Positions 28,539-44,555 of a stretch of 64,000 nt of DNA are shown one piece after another. The stretch lies in assembly GCA_964016885.1 (NCBI GenBank), contig OZ024755.1:8308001-8372000 (forward strand), given 5' to 3'. The notes beneath the pieces were generated by a model. The model made no database searches. It was given only the letters and a program-made list of their open reading frames with translations, and was not told where the DNA came from. Source of the DNA: Eledone cirrhosa. Lineage: Eukaryota. Each line of letters opens with the position of its first letter. Positions within the stretch are counted from its first letter, which is position 1. The position numbers and the translations under genes were made by a program.

Positions 28539-28852
28539 TTTTGAAAGTAGGTTTATAATTATTAATTTCATTATACTTTTGTAGCTGTCTTGGCGGCCTA
28601 GTTGGCGTAATCATAGACGGTAGTGAGCCTGGTCTGAAGTTCCATCCTGGTCAGGAGTAGGGTACGCGGAAAAACTGTTTCACTTTTTTTTCTATGGATG
28701 TAAAATAAAAACTGAAAAGGATTACATGTACCTCTTGACCAGGATTGAACCAAAGGCCAGGAACTCCACCGTCTCTAGTACCTACCGCTAGGCCACTGAG
28801 ATAGCTACTAAAAATCTATTGAAAATTCATGCTTATAAACCTACTTTCAAAA
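28539..28852. mobile_element. Inverted-repeat element with two converging tRNA-like (A/B-box) heads
   Basis: Perfect 20-bp outer repeats TTTTGAAAGTAGGTTTATAA; inner diverged arms; minus copy has TGGCCTAGCGG and GGTTCAATCC. Confidence 0.65.
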
Positions 28853-29080
28853 GGTTCTATACACTGAGTATATATGTGTGTGTGTGTGTGTATGAGTGTG
28901 TGTGCGTATGTGTGTGTGCGTGTATTACACACACACACACATATTTTTATATTAGAGTATATTATATTAATGAATGCATTAAAGCGATGAAGCTAGGCCA
29001 CGTGAATCAATCTCAGTGGACATTTCCATTTCCATCAAAATTCTATCGGAAAGATTCAATTAATGAATTGAATAATTATA

Positions 29081-29132
<52 letters not shown>

Positions 29133-29138
29133 TATATA

Positions 29139-29214
<76 letters not shown>

Positions 29215-29222
29215 CATATATA

Positions 29223-29261
<39 letters not shown>

Positions 29262-30584
29262 CGGCTTCCAGATATATGGAATAATATTTTTCACACCTTT
29301 TAAGTTGATAAACGAAAATCTGAACAACAATTACAGAGGCGAATACAGAGATATAGTACTATATAAATTTAACAAGTTAAAATTGTTGTTATGTCTTTGA
29401 TGTTGGCAAATATTGCGACTTGCAAAGTTTTTAATTGATGTAAAATCGATATAAATTCCACCAGATGTTCAAATTACTTTAATACAATATTCTTCAATAT
29501 ATTTTCGTGAAGAAAAAAATAATAACATTATTATTATTATACCTATTATTGTCATTATCATTATTATTATTATTGTTATTATTATTATTATTATTGCATA
29601 TAATTTATCGTGTTTGAATGCCAATTAACAGATACCGGAATGCTTGTTTATTTTTATAGAGACACATATGCATATTCTCTCAGAGCGATGTTCAGTTTTG
29701 AAGATCAAAGTTATATATTGTTATATTTCCCAGGATAGAAAAACTAAACTCGACGCCGCGAAATAATTAACTACGTGAAAATGTATTTTTGCGCTATCTC
29801 GAAAAACAAATATCACTTAAGTGAACGTTATTTTATTTATTTCCATTTTGAAATTAACGAAATGCACATCGGCTGTATATATTCTCAGAATACTTTTAAA
29901 ATAAACATAGAATTCTTTTTTCTCCTTCGCTAATGAAAGCAGAGTATTAATAATTTTTTCAAAAATGATATTCTTTACATTATATTTTTTAAGGCTTTAA
30001 GAAATAAAATGTTTTCCAGCATTTTGAATTGCATTGCGCGAAAAATATGGTTCTTTTAAATCATTACTATGAATCAAAATTAAATACAAACAAATACTGA
30101 TAAAGAACTGACAAAATATCTGGTTTATTTCTGAGTTTATAACAAGTCCCACTACGAAATATTATATATAAATCAATGTATGTGAATTTTATGTGGTTAT
30201 TATATACGTTTATATGTAATTCCTTAAACGTTCCGCATTTCTTTCTCACCTCTCGTTTCTAGATATAGGCAATCATCAACAACATTCGGATATTCATAAA
30301 GTACAACAAGAATAAATCTGATAGAAAATAAAAACTTCCAAATCATTAATGTCGCCATATATATATTTGACCTTTTCCTTATGTATGTTATTGCTCTTAA
30401 CACATCGTACGTTCGATACACACTGGTATGTTTCTTCATTTAGTTTTTCTTCCACCAATGACATTATGAGAATGTCTATAATAAACATACACAAATAGTC
30501 CTACACACACACAACACACACATATATATACATACATATATATATACATATATATATACGTACATACATATATATATACATATA

Positions 30585-30624
<40 letters not shown>

Positions 30625-33600
30625 CATGCATATATATATATACATATATATACATACATATATATATATACACATATATATATATATACACACATGCACA
30701 TATATATATATAATATAACAATAATAATAATATATATATTTGTGTATGTGCACATATCTATATATTCACATTGCTAGGATAAGCATACATACGTTATTAT
30801 ATTTATGTATGAATGTGTGATGATATTTATTAATGTGTATATTTTTCTCTTTTTTTTTCGTATATTTTTGTATACACAGTTGCTTTTTGTTGAAGTTCAA
30901 TTTAATATTCGTGGGAAATACCATTTGTATGTAAAAGAAAATATGGAAAAATATGAGAGAGCTTTAGTGAACCCATTTTAATGATAAATACACTCTGACA
31001 TTTAAAATTTCCATTGGACATATTTTAAAGAATTTTCAAAATAAATTTTCATAAAAATCTATGATGTAAACAAGCAAAGTAACATATAGCTCCGTCTGGT
31101 GTATATGTCCACTATAAAATAGTTATTTATCTCGTATTAAATATCTCGCAACGAAAATAATAGGCATCTATTTCTTGCTTATGTATGGACACCTATGAAA
31201 TCCATACAATGTGTGTCTGAGCTGAACCTTCCACGGTGCTGGAGACGGTTCAGTGTGTTTGAGCAAAAGAAACTCTAGTTCGTGAAACTAACCTTCACGT
31301 GATTGAACATTCCGTAGACGAATGTACTCTGAACTTAATTCTCATGGAGATTCAGCCTGACAAATTGTGTGACAATGCTGGCCATGAATTGCAGGCATAT
31401 TTGATCGCTAAGTGGATTAGAACAATATAAAATAAACTGTCGTGCTGAGGGGCACGTATGGAGCTGGAAATTGAACATCATAAGCAGTAAGCCTTCAAAC
31501 TCCATTTAATACGCCACTTCAAATGTACTTAGCCATGAATATAAATTTATGAAATACATATCAGCTTGAGAGATAGACCCTGGGATTGCTATGATTGACT
31601 AGAAACCCTTAAAAATAATTTACAGATTGAAACCAGTAAAAGAATAAAACATTCGTATAGATTATTTTCATTTAATCTACTGGAAAACAGGCTCACCGAC
31701 TATCTATTCATTTATTCCATATAAAACAACATTTTGTTGCAAGAATTAGATGTGAGGAATAGCAATCATTAACTGTTTCATACCTAATGTATCTAAAACA
31801 TTTTCTAACTTTTGACTCAGTTGGTTGACTTCTAATCACAATATTGAGGATTCCTGTTGGGAATCAATAATCTTTCATGTTCTCATTGATTTTGTTTATT
31901 TGAAGTTTGTCATTTCTCCGTTCATTCACAACTTGATTTGGAATAGTAATTTCAGCAAAGGTTCCCCCACAGCATGTGTATTTACTATATCCCGCGCCAG
32001 ACAAACAGCATGTCATCTCTAAAACATATGATGTTATATAGATTTTTTATGAGTTTAACATTACATAAAGTAACACATATTATACAGTGAATTTAATAAA
32101 ACCATTCAATATACAAAGATTGTAAAATTACTTGGTTTTAACCCACATATTTTATTTCCATAACTTACATAACTCGAACCAGCAATCAAGCACATTACAA
32201 GTAGAATATATCTGAAAAAGATGTCGAATCAATGCCATTCTTTTACAGTTAACCAATATAATGTGGTCCCGATTAAAAAAAAAAAGAAATGAACTGATAT
32301 ACAAGTATGCAGGGATTACACATAACCTATGCAATAGAAATTAGTCCGCTATAGATTCTCCCGAAACATTCCAAGCGATTTCGTTCGGACGTACACATAA
32401 CCCCTGAAATAACGATGACCTCCAGTATGTATTCCATTGATTTTGATGTATAATATTCATGAATTATATTGCTATATGACACGGCGTCATAGACACGATT
32501 GCATAAGATAGATATTTATAAAATTAAACATATAACTCAAAAGAGAAATATGCGAGTTGATAAAATGTATAATTCTCAATCTACAGGGTTAGAAAAAACA
32601 CAGATATTTAAGAAGCGCAAAAGAAAAAAAACAACATAAAACTTGTACAAAATAAAACTTGTACAAAATATATCAATTTCTTCACTCTACTTAAAAATGG
32701 TATTTATTATCTGAAAATCATTGTCTTGAATGGGTCTTATTCGGAAGAATGATACGACCTCTGAACTATAACAGCAGAAGCTATCTAGAAATAGATGCCT
32801 GTCTTGCAATTTATCTTTATTTTCTTTATATATCAATAGCTATCATCGTTGTCAATTCATATAAAAAGAATATTGTGTTTCATAACGGAATTACAAAGTT
32901 CTTTGACATTTATATTTTTAAGAAAACTTTTTCCTGTCTAAAAATTTATCATTTGGTAATTCGATAAAGAAATTCATATTTTTTTTTTTTTTTGTTGAAT
33001 CTTCTTTTAAATTTTGCCTAAAATCTTTCCGATATATGTTTCTTTAATATATTATAACACACTCCAATATACGTAGCAGCCGTTATTTATAACCCTCCCC
33101 ACAAACAAAAAGAAAACAACAACTTTGTTATATAAATCGGAATAGTAGAAGGAATTATTTGTAAGAGATTTGTTTTAAATATTCTGATTAATATTTATTT
33201 GAACATAAATGTCGATGTTTGAAATGTTGTAGGATAGAATGGAAGAGATGATGGATTATATCAGACACATTGTAAAATATATATACTGATGAAATATAAT
33301 TCTTCAAATATGGTTGAACATAACATAAAATATATGAACACATTTAATATCACAATATAAATCGTTGTATAACCGGAACATTTCATTACCTCTTTGTATT
33401 TTTGAAAATTCTATTAATATATTTAACGAGTGGCATAGTGGTTAGTGTGTTCATCACACCATTATTTCTTGGTTTTGGATCACATGAATATATTGTTTCA
33501 GGTAAAACTTGTGTATTTATATAATGTTTGATCTTCTAGATATAGATTCTTCTTGACTATAGATTAATGATTTGGTTTTAAACAAAAATCATATTCTTTG

Positions 33601-34658
33601 TAAGAACCTTCAGAGTTCATTCTCTTAAGTTTGATAATTTTTGTTAGTGATGTATATGTACAGGGATCGTTCCGCGCCAAGATGCAAACGTCGGGAAGAT
33701 ATGTTAGTTTTCCCTCTCCATGATTTTTTAGGTTGTCCAAGCGACAAATAAAGAACTAAATCACGGTACCAGTGTCACAGGCGAGTGAGTTCTTTCATCT
33801 TCATCGTGTTACCTACTAAATGTTGCTGTTACTATTTTATCAGCTTTGTGGAATAGAGTAAAACCAATTGTCACACGCAATGATACTGCAGTTCGGAAAT
33901 CGAGCAGATGACCTTACAATCATTATCCCAAAGTATATACTAAACAGCGCGAATCACACTTAATCTAGAAAAGTATGATGTTGATAGAAGGAAATTCTCT
34001 CAGACGTTTGTAGTTGTAATGTGCAAGCTATTAGGCACTAAACGACCATAGAATTTAACACAATCTGTCTCGATAAAATATCATATGACTTTAGCAACGT
34101 AGTATATTTTGTGAACAACAACGATGCACCTTTTAACTTAATACAACTGCAACGAAGACGGAATTTTCCATATGAAATGTTGAGGCTATTGAAAATCTAA
34201 CAGGAAATAGAAATCGTATTAAGTTTAGATAAATACACTCACAAATTTCTGAAGATGACAGTTTGAATGTGACATGTTAATTCTATTATACAGAAAATGA
34301 CTTCTTTGTACTTTCATGTCGTTGCATGTTGTCGATATTCAGCAATAAATTGAAATATTAACTTTAAACTACTCTTGATTTATTTCGAATTTCGTTTCGT
34401 TATTTGGAAATTACTACGGAAATCTTAGGCCTGTTGTGAATTTTAATGTACAGCCTGACATTGTACATCCATTTATTCATTTTCTTAGAATATGCCCGCA
34501 ACGTTTCTTCAAAGCGTATGCATTCTAAGATATCACAAGGAGAAAAATATATTTCTTCTTTGATGAAGCTTAGCTAATACAAGCTTCTCTCAAACACGAT
34601 GGTCATCATATAAAAAATATTAAGTCTTCTTTCCTTGGGAATGTGTCTTCCATCAGTA

Positions 34659-34722
<64 letters not shown>

Positions 34723-35061
34723 TATATACATACATATATATACTATATACATACATATATATATATACTATATACATACATATATATATATACTATATAC
34801 ATACATATATATATATACTATATACATATATAAATTATATATATATACTATATATATATAATATATATATACATACCAAAATTAGACTTATCGTCCCCTA
34901 CTTTTGCTCTTTACTCTTTGTTCTTGAATGTTTGGTTGGTAGAGTCCATAACACCAATCAAACCCCTTTTATAGCTCTGACGAATCCTACGGTTACGTAA
35001 GGAAGAAACATTGTAAGCCAATAAAAATCTTTTGATGTTGTAGACGCTCTTGTGTTCTTTT

Positions 35062-35118
<57 letters not shown>

Positions 35119-35226
35119 AAGTGAATAGGTTACAATGAAAAACTAGGCAACATCTGTTGAAAATAGAAGTTCTGTTGCATAAGGTGTAAAATGTGGATTA
35201 GTCTATATAAACGGATATTACTATTT

Positions 35227-35283
<57 letters not shown>

Positions 35284-36984
35284 GTATGAAACGATGCGTA
35301 AATTACAATAACATGTGATAACTTGAGATTCATGTATTTCAATGAATGTATCATTTAACGTAAGTTTTAGAAAAATAATCTTTTTATTTATATTTGAGCA
35401 TTTAAACTGCTTCATGGGCACATTAATATAAAAATATCTTCCTTATAGCTCGCCCATATCGGCAGGTAATTTAAAGTGTCTCTTTATGCCATATAGCTTG
35501 AAGATAGTATACATAATTATCGTGTATTATTCAAAATTTTATAACAAACTCAGGTTCCACAAAAACGTTCGTTAACAATGTTATTACATTCATGCTAAGA
35601 TTTTGTCGCATCTTTTCAAAATTTGACAATCTAAAGGATGATGTCATGAGTATAAAAATGCAATGTCTCAATTTGAATTTAGTGTCAATGGAAGAAAGAA
35701 ATTTGCGCTTAGAAAAAAATATAGTCACGTTGAGAATAAAAGGTTGTTCGTGTCAAATCTTTAATTGGATTACAAACAGCATGCAACGAATATTTGGAAT
35801 ACAATGCATTATAATGAGGTTGATGATAATAATTCTAACTGCAGCGACAACAAAAATATTAATGATAACCAAATATAATAATAATAATGACGTTAATAAA
35901 ATTACAAAAAATAATAATTACAATAGCAATTATGAAGCTAATAGGAATAAAATTATATATGTATATTTCTTAGTATTTTTATTATCTGTGTTATTATTAA
36001 CATTATAATTTTCATAATTATCATTGTTGTTGTTATTATTGTTATTGTTGTTGTTAATATTTTAGGTTTAGTTTTTGCGCTTGCGTCGTTTAATTCTCTT
36101 TGTTATTAATTTGTACAAGATGGCGTGAAAATGACAAGTATTTGGTTTATTTCTACAAAAAAATGTCACAACAATCACATGGGATTATAACTAAACCTGA
36201 TCATTTCATATGGTAGCAACGAAATGAAACATACAGATGGCATTGCGAAGATAACAAATAGAGTTATAGTTGATATTGAATTTAATACATGTAAATGTCG
36301 TATTTACTCTTACCTGACTTCGTAATTCACAACTAAAGTTATTTTATTATCTATTACAATATATCTCTTGATGAGGTTTCCATCATTTTAATCGTCGTCA
36401 TCTTCATCCCATACCACATCAACATCGTCATCATATTCATCAACTTTTCAATACAGGCTTCCATCATCAATAATCTCGTACTTCTCTTCAAGTGGTAAAT
36501 GTTATTTCCATGAAACTCATCAGTGCATGTTTCAAACAGTGTTGTGTAGCATCAAATACTGACCATTAACTTTCAGCAGAATAATTAATAACTTTCGCGT
36601 AAAATGATTAGATGCTCTTGGTAGTATTTATAAGGAAACAAAATCCAATTGACAGTTTACGTTGGCGGAAATAATTTGATAAACTTCGGATAAGAATCGA
36701 TATTGCCAAGAGACAATAGTGTTTGAAGAATGGTGCATATTTTAAAAGCTTATAATATAAAAAAATATTTATCATTACATGGTACATCTTGACATTGGCA
36801 TGACTTCATCCTGAATAGAATATAATATTTCAAAATTATGGAGACGCTGTATACTAGTAATTCTACAATACTGGTTTAATATGCCTTGATTATCTGTATA
36901 GGACGTTGTTCATCTATACAATATATTTAACTGAAACATTACATAGAGGATTTATACTATGGAAATTGGATCGATTACACTCTA

Positions 36985-37049
<65 letters not shown>

Positions 37050-40000
37050 GAATAGCTTTCACCGTATGTTTTGATTGACTAAAGACATTTTAGTTTGATA
37101 ATGGGGTTTAGAACCCTCAGATAAATGGAAAAGGATGAGTATTGATGTAATGTGTGCGCGTGTATGTATATTAGAATTAGATTTCGGCGTATTTTGAGTA
37201 AAGAATATGGTCTAATAATGAAGCATATACACCCACTGACCGGAAAACGATGCGCATTAGAGATAATTGGTGTAAACAGTTTGATTGAACATTTCAGATA
37301 AAACCGATTGCAGTAGCTCTGGTGTTTCGCAATATCTAGTTAAACTAACTGACGTCTTCCAGTTTTATTAGAACACTTTACCATATTCTTCTCAGCTGGC
37401 CAGTCTTAGGGATGCTACTATATAGAAATATAAACGAATGTAGCAATGCTGATGAGGAAAATATTGAGTTGAAATTTTCAAGCAGTCTACAATATTTCTT
37501 TGAAGTGTGTAAAAACTAAACACAACAAATAGTTGGGTTAGGGTCAATAATACCAGTTGATCCAATCACACTTCATATTAGAAGGTTTCTGTTATGTAAA
37601 ACAACTGCCGAACGTTGAGTATTTTTCGGTTTTAAAGGACTTTTACGAAGATTATTCTACGCAGTTGGCAGGATATTGCGAGATCAACGTACATTTTGAT
37701 AGAGAGAGAGAAAGAGAGTGTGTGTGTATGAGAGATTGAGGGAGAGAGAGGGTGTGAGAGAGTATCTAGTAAAAATGATTATAATAATATGGCCGAGGGA
37801 AAATCCATCAGGGGAACAACCGATAAAAAGAAATGCGAAAGAGTTTTGCCAATCGTGAGTAAAAAAATAATCAATATTAAAGTCAGCGTTAAACCAATTT
37901 AGTTTTGCAATAATAATGAGCCAATTAACAATTTGTGAGATTCCAAAAAAATTATCATAAAAGTTTGTTATAAAATATGATTAAGGGAGGTGGTTTAGAA
38001 CTAAATTAATGTAGCTTCATTTGAGTCAACATTACTAGGTATTAGAGACGGGGACTTTCTGTAATTTTGATGTGTTATTTCTTTAATGATGTTTTGTAGC
38101 ATCTTAAGAGATCCCGAGTTAGCAAAACAAATTACGTTGGAAAACAAATGCTCGTTATTCAAATTAGCCTGGCCATTTCAGTTACATTCTGGTTTGTGTT
38201 TTACGTTAATATAAATTGCTATAACATCGCTGCTTGGATAGTAGTATAAGAAAGGTTTGTTGATAAAGATCCAGCTAGCTGTGTAGTATGTAAATTCAAA
38301 TTATAATGTACTATGGCAAAACCAACCTGTCTTTACACATATCTCTTTTACACAGCAAGCTCTATAACGTAACAAAACTATCATAGGAAACTTAATTTTG
38401 CATATATATGTTTATTCATGAGCGCGTGTGTGTCCGTGAGGATGTGTTGGTCCATATGCATATGGAGGAGTCTCAATAATCGCCAGCTTTATGGATGTGT
38501 TATACGAAGCATAGAAACAACTATTTTTATATGAAGTAACAACGAGAAAACAACATAAATTCAGATTGCATTCAAACAGTAGAACGATGATATTTACATC
38601 AATCAACTATTTTGACACATATTATCTAATCAATATTTAATGGGATCATTTGAAGTTAATTAATCATTTTGTCCTGGGACATTTAAGTCTCTTTAACAAT
38701 GCCAGCATCAGTTTCGTATTTAATGCCATGATTATAATGCAGATATTCATAGTCGCCATGTTCAGCTCTAATACAATTTACGAATACTATCCAGCCCACG
38801 TTTGTATTAATGTTGTTTCTGCTCTGCCATGAGGATCATTCATTGCAAGCTGGGGGATCTCGAATCTATGGAACCTAGCAACAATAATAGAATTAAATAT
38901 TTATTACTTTAACATTAAGTGTCTCAGATGCTTGTTTTTGCTTCAATTACTGTCAATAATTTCCATGGAATCATTTAAAATTGTTAAACCAATTTTAACA
39001 TTCCAATTATGTTTGATATCCTCTAAAAGCAAAAGAAAAATTTCTGTTAAGCTATAACCGAAGGTAAGGGTTAATGGTGCGGTTAGGGAACATTGGTATC
39101 CATGCTGAAAATAAAGGACATTGTTATGACGATGACATCACATAATAAGGGGAAAATGTGGAATATTTCTACCCTCAGCAATCAATGGCAGGAATTGCTT
39201 GTTGGCAAAATCGACCTCAAACGTAGCAAACAAACAAACAAAGATGACTGCTCTTTGTAAAAGAGCAAAACCTTTAGAGAAATACAGAGTATGGGAAAAG
39301 GAGGTAGAACAGTTTATGTCGATAACGAAACTTTAGTGTAATGAGAGACTCCTTCGTATGAATAAATATTTATTTGGAAAGAAGTAGATGTTAATGTAGT
39401 GCCTTATCATTTTCTCCCAGTTTTACTCATTTATAACTGAGAGCTTTTAGTAGAATAGTTGATGCAAAATTAAAACACCTTTTTGTAATTATATGCTGAA
39501 AACTATGTGAACCATTACTCTAATAGTGCTTCTATATAGCACCACTTATCAGTAATACGGGTGTATATTTTACTAATAGTAGAGAATAAACTGTTCCTCC
39601 ATATTTGCCGCAAATTTTTATTTATTCTCTTGATGCTTTGAGATGAATAATAATCACATATTCAGTGCATATATACTGTTTGGTAGAATTGTCACAGAAA
39701 GATTAAATATATATTTTCCAAATGCTATATATTAGTAAATCAGATGTTGCAAATCATTTGTCTGATGCTCTACTAATTCTGCCAATCACCACCCCACCCT
39801 ATTATCTAATTTAATAATTTTATTTGTAAAAACTACGCACAACTTCCGCTTTATGATTGTAATGGGAATATTCTTTAATGTGTTAAACATAATATTTTAT
39901 TGCTAAAACAAATATGAATGTGGCCTATTGATCGAGTATTACTAAGACTAAGTTCCATAATTTCATATGATGGTAGAAAGAAAAATGTCTACGTCTGTTA

Positions 40001-40695
40001 AATTAAGGTTACTCTGCTGATAATTTACAATAATTTCCAAGTTTAATAAACGTTATTTACACCATGTTGAAAGTGCAATGAATGGAAGTGACAAATAGAT
40101 AAATTGGCTAATTGGAACTTTCTTTACATTTGTTATTCATTTAATTTTAATAAGAAATTTTATCCTAACATATTTTATTTCACTTTATTCTATATATTCA
40201 TATATTATTTTTTTCTCTTCAATTCATTTTTCTTATTCTTTTTTCTTTCCTTCTTCATGTTTTTCTTCTTTTTCTTTTTTCGTTTTTATTTTACTCTTTC
40301 TCTTACGTTTTTTCTTCTTTTTCTTTCTTCTTCTTCTCCCCCTTCTTTCGTCTTCTCATCTTTATTATCATTAATATTATTATTAACATTATCATTATTC
40401 ACCATTGCGGAGATAATTCTAGAATAAACTAAAAATATAAATATATATTTAAAAAAAAATCAACTTGACTTTGGAAGCCATACAATTCTATTTTATTTTT
40501 TACTCTTCTTCAACTTATATTTTATTTAAAAGTTCAATATATTCTTATAATTTATTATGAAAGACACTGACGATGAGGCAGCTAAGTTTCTATTGATTAG
40601 CTTGAAAAATAACGACGATGAATGTACTAAGAACTTGATGTTTTATATCGATTTATTGTTCTGGTTATTATTATTATTATTGCTAATAATATAAA

Positions 40696-40696
<1 letters not shown>

Positions 40697-40770
<74 letters not shown>
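40697..40770. repeat. (TAG)n microsatellite
   Basis: Read directly. Confidence 0.95.
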
Positions 40771-40772
<2 letters not shown>

Positions 40773-40914
40773 ATAATAATTGTCTTAGAAAGAAGAAAAA
40801 GGAGCAGAAATACAAGCAGTCAAAAATGTGCACATAAACTCCCCTCCTCACACACACACACACACACATACATACACACACACCAGTACCCGCATGTATT
40901 CTCAGACGCAACAA

Positions 40915-40958
<44 letters not shown>

Positions 40959-40992
40959 CATATAAGTATATATGTATGAATGTGTATTGGTG

Positions 40993-41045
40993 TGTATATA
41001 TACATACGTATGTACATCTAAATATGTGTCTATATATCAGTGTGC

Positions 41046-41103
<58 letters not shown>

Positions 41104-41157
41104 GCACAGTGATATATAGACACATATTTAGATGTTCATACGTATGTATATATACAT
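40993..41157. repeat. Inverted repeat of about 55 bp centred on a (TA)n tract
   Basis: CATACGTATGTACATCTAAATATGTGTCTATATATCA..TGCATG versus CATGCA..TGATATATAGACACATATTTAGATGTTCATACGTATG. Confidence 0.85.
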
Positions 41158-41989
41158 ATATATACATATATATATATGTGTGTTTTGATATATATGTAAA
41201 TGTGCAAAGACATGAATGTATATATACACATATACACACATATATATGTGTGCGTTTGTATGTGTAATAAGGTTATGCGTTAGAGGTGGTTAAGGTGAGA
41301 GGTTGAGATATTTGAGTTATTAGTCTAGACATTGAAGTTCATATGTGAATCTTGAATAAGCCACAAAGATGTGTTTTCACCAATTTCATTTTGAGTCTTC
41401 TTTATTCACTAGCCCTAGGCCTGGACAGAAGAAATGGTGGTATATTACGTGTTTTATACAAAGCTATTCCAAATTAATCGTTAATGTATTACAAAATAAG
41501 CAGCATGCCATAGACGTAATCTTCGTCATCGTCATTTCATGTGCGTATTAAATAAGAGGTGAATACAGATACCAGTGTCGTATCAATAATATGTGCATTA
41601 CGTAGGTGAGCATGTGTAAAGAAGACCTATTATTTTGTACTTTGTAGCATTTAAGAAGAATATTTTTAAAGAGATTAGACTTAGATTGTAAGTGTAAATA
41701 TATTGGTATTAGAGCAAATTGTTTAAGTTCAAAACCGGTTATAAGTTACATCTCTTGGCAGAATATGCTGAAGTGTTGTACGGAGTGTTATGAGGAATTT
41801 CTTCCGGTCCAGTGCCTTCTGACGTTCATTTATAGCCTCTTTCTTTTCTGTCGCGTGTCGTACTTGCACCCGTTGGAAGTATAGAGATCGACAGTCTGCC
41901 TATGCAGTCTTGGTTGTCTTTTGCAGTAAGCAGAAGTATTCAACAATTATGCATGTTAAATACTTCGTATATGAACCATTGCGTATGAA

Positions 41990-42051
<62 letters not shown>

Positions 42052-42226
42052 CCATTGTGTACGAACCATATATATATCTATCTATATATATATTTAAGGA
42101 AAAGAAATTGAAAATGCAACTAGAGTCGTTTAAGTATATTTATTTATTTACTTTACCGGTTTCACAGTTTCAAAAGTAAATTTGAGATGGAAGGTTTGTG
42201 TTTCTGTTGTGCTTTGTCTCGCATCT

Positions 42227-42273
<47 letters not shown>

Positions 42274-43320
42274 CTGAAATCTATTATTTCTGAAACCGGA
42301 TAGTATCCATGCACAGAATAGAGAAACAGAAGAATACGATGAACATAGAGAAGACATGGAATACATAATCCATTTAATTCTTTCAGAAAACTGTAATCAG
42401 AGAGAAATGCTATTCAAGGCTTATCAGACGATGCTACCACTTTAACAGACCAGTCAATTACTGGAGTTTTTTTTAGCTGCAAGAAACTTTACTCATAATG
42501 TTAAGCTATATATATGATGTCAGAAAATAAATGTCAGAACCAATTACAGATTAACACTAAAGCTAGGATGATGCAGTTAGACAATGGAATCAAAACTAAA
42601 TTTTCAGAATAAGCGGCAAACAACTCCATAATAGAAATTTTAGAAAATAGATTTAGCGAATAAAAACAATTATTCGGAAATATTCGTATAATTAAATTTC
42701 ATCAACAAGAATTATGTATATATAGTTTTACTGGAATATAAATGCTTAAAAAGTCAGTTGTGTATTGTATAATAAGGAGAGATGTCGGGGTGTTTGGTAT
42801 GAAAGGTTTTAAGATGTGTGGTGCATAATTTCGAGTTGAATCGAACTCAGTATCACGTTGGAAATTATATTGTATTAAAAGCCTTGTCAAAAAACTTGTG
42901 AGAGATACTTAGCGGGTAGAAACTGTGTGGAGGTAGATAACGGTAATCGTTTCTGTTTGATAGTAGCTAGAATCTACTACTCGGTATAAAACAACCACCT
43001 GACCTTTTAGTATATTAATCAAAACTTGGTTTGTTCAAATGTTTCGTACGAGGGTTTTTATCAGAGGATAAATTTCACCTTTACTCAAACTTATTTCGGA
43101 AACCATGAAATCGCGTATTGGTATTTCAAGTTCGTCATCTGCTGACTAAGTAGGCAATAAAAGAAAGCAGAGTTGTCACAGTACGAGATGAAACTTGCCA
43201 AAGACACTGAGCGTTGTGATTTGACGCCAAAACTTCAAACATGAGAAGCTAACTTCTTACAATATGTTTCACTTCCTTTTATGAAATCTGATGTGTTCTT
43301 TCGAGACGTTTGAACACACC

Positions 43321-43421
<101 letters not shown>

Positions 43422-43583
43422 ACATATATACACTCACATATATGTGAGTGTTTGTATCTGAACAATGTTATGGTCACGACTGGATAGACTCTGAGCAGAA
43501 TACGTGCCAACATACAGCGAGCCAAGAATAACAAAAATGATACATTAGCTACATTATCATCATGAAAGATGAGCCTGTATATA

Positions 43584-43629
<46 letters not shown>

Positions 43630-43633
<4 letters not shown>

Positions 43634-44109
43634 TAAACGGAATAGAAAATGCTGACAAATTGTTCACAGTTGAAAAATGGTTTAATTAGGAATAAAAGAG
43701 TATTAGTGATTGTATGGGTTAGTATTCAGTTGTGGTTTTAAGTTTTTAAGTTTTTACCGGTTGCGCATTTCTAAATGCTTTTCAAAAATAATTTTGAGAT
43801 AGAGTGTCCGTGCTGTTTGCTCTGATCTGATTAGTTTTGGGAATTCTACCTGTTTTTATGTTAAAAAAATGGCTCCAGCGTTATTTTTGTGTTGCAAAAA
43901 TGCTTGTGGTCAAAACAATTTTGATTGGTCGGTAGAGGTCATGTGAATGTAAAAAGTTGATTTTGCGCCAAGACTGTTTTTATGTTAAAATGTTAGAAAA
44001 GTGGCTCCAGCAAAAATTATGGTCAAAACAATTTTGATTGGTCGGTAGAGGTCATGTGGATAAAAAATTGGTTTTGCGCCAAGATTGAGAAATGACTCTT
44101 TCACAACAA

Positions 44110-44175
<66 letters not shown>

Positions 44176-44244
44176 TAGTAGTAGTAAGGTGTTCGATGCT
44201 GCGACAATAGCCACCAGCGATGTGTGTCAAATGGCTATTAAGAT

Positions 44245-44284
<40 letters not shown>

Positions 44285-44555
44285 ACATACACACAGCAGA
44301 GTCATTCGAAGGTCAAAAGATATTTTTCAGCTTTTGTCTTATACGGAGAAGTGCGTGTGTGTGTGTGTGTGTGTATTAGAAATGCGCAACCGGTAAAAAC
44401 TTAAAAACTTAAAACCACAACTGAATACTAACCCATACAATCACTAATACTCTTTTATTCCTAATTAAACCATTTTTCAACTGTGAACAATTTGTCAGCA
44501 TTTTCTATTCCGTTTACCAATATATAATAACTTGTGTGTTACACCTCTATTCTTT

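Noticed and set aside
28731-28808. Functional tRNA gene
   Set aside because: A and B boxes are present but the acceptor and anticodon arms do not form a valid cloverleaf
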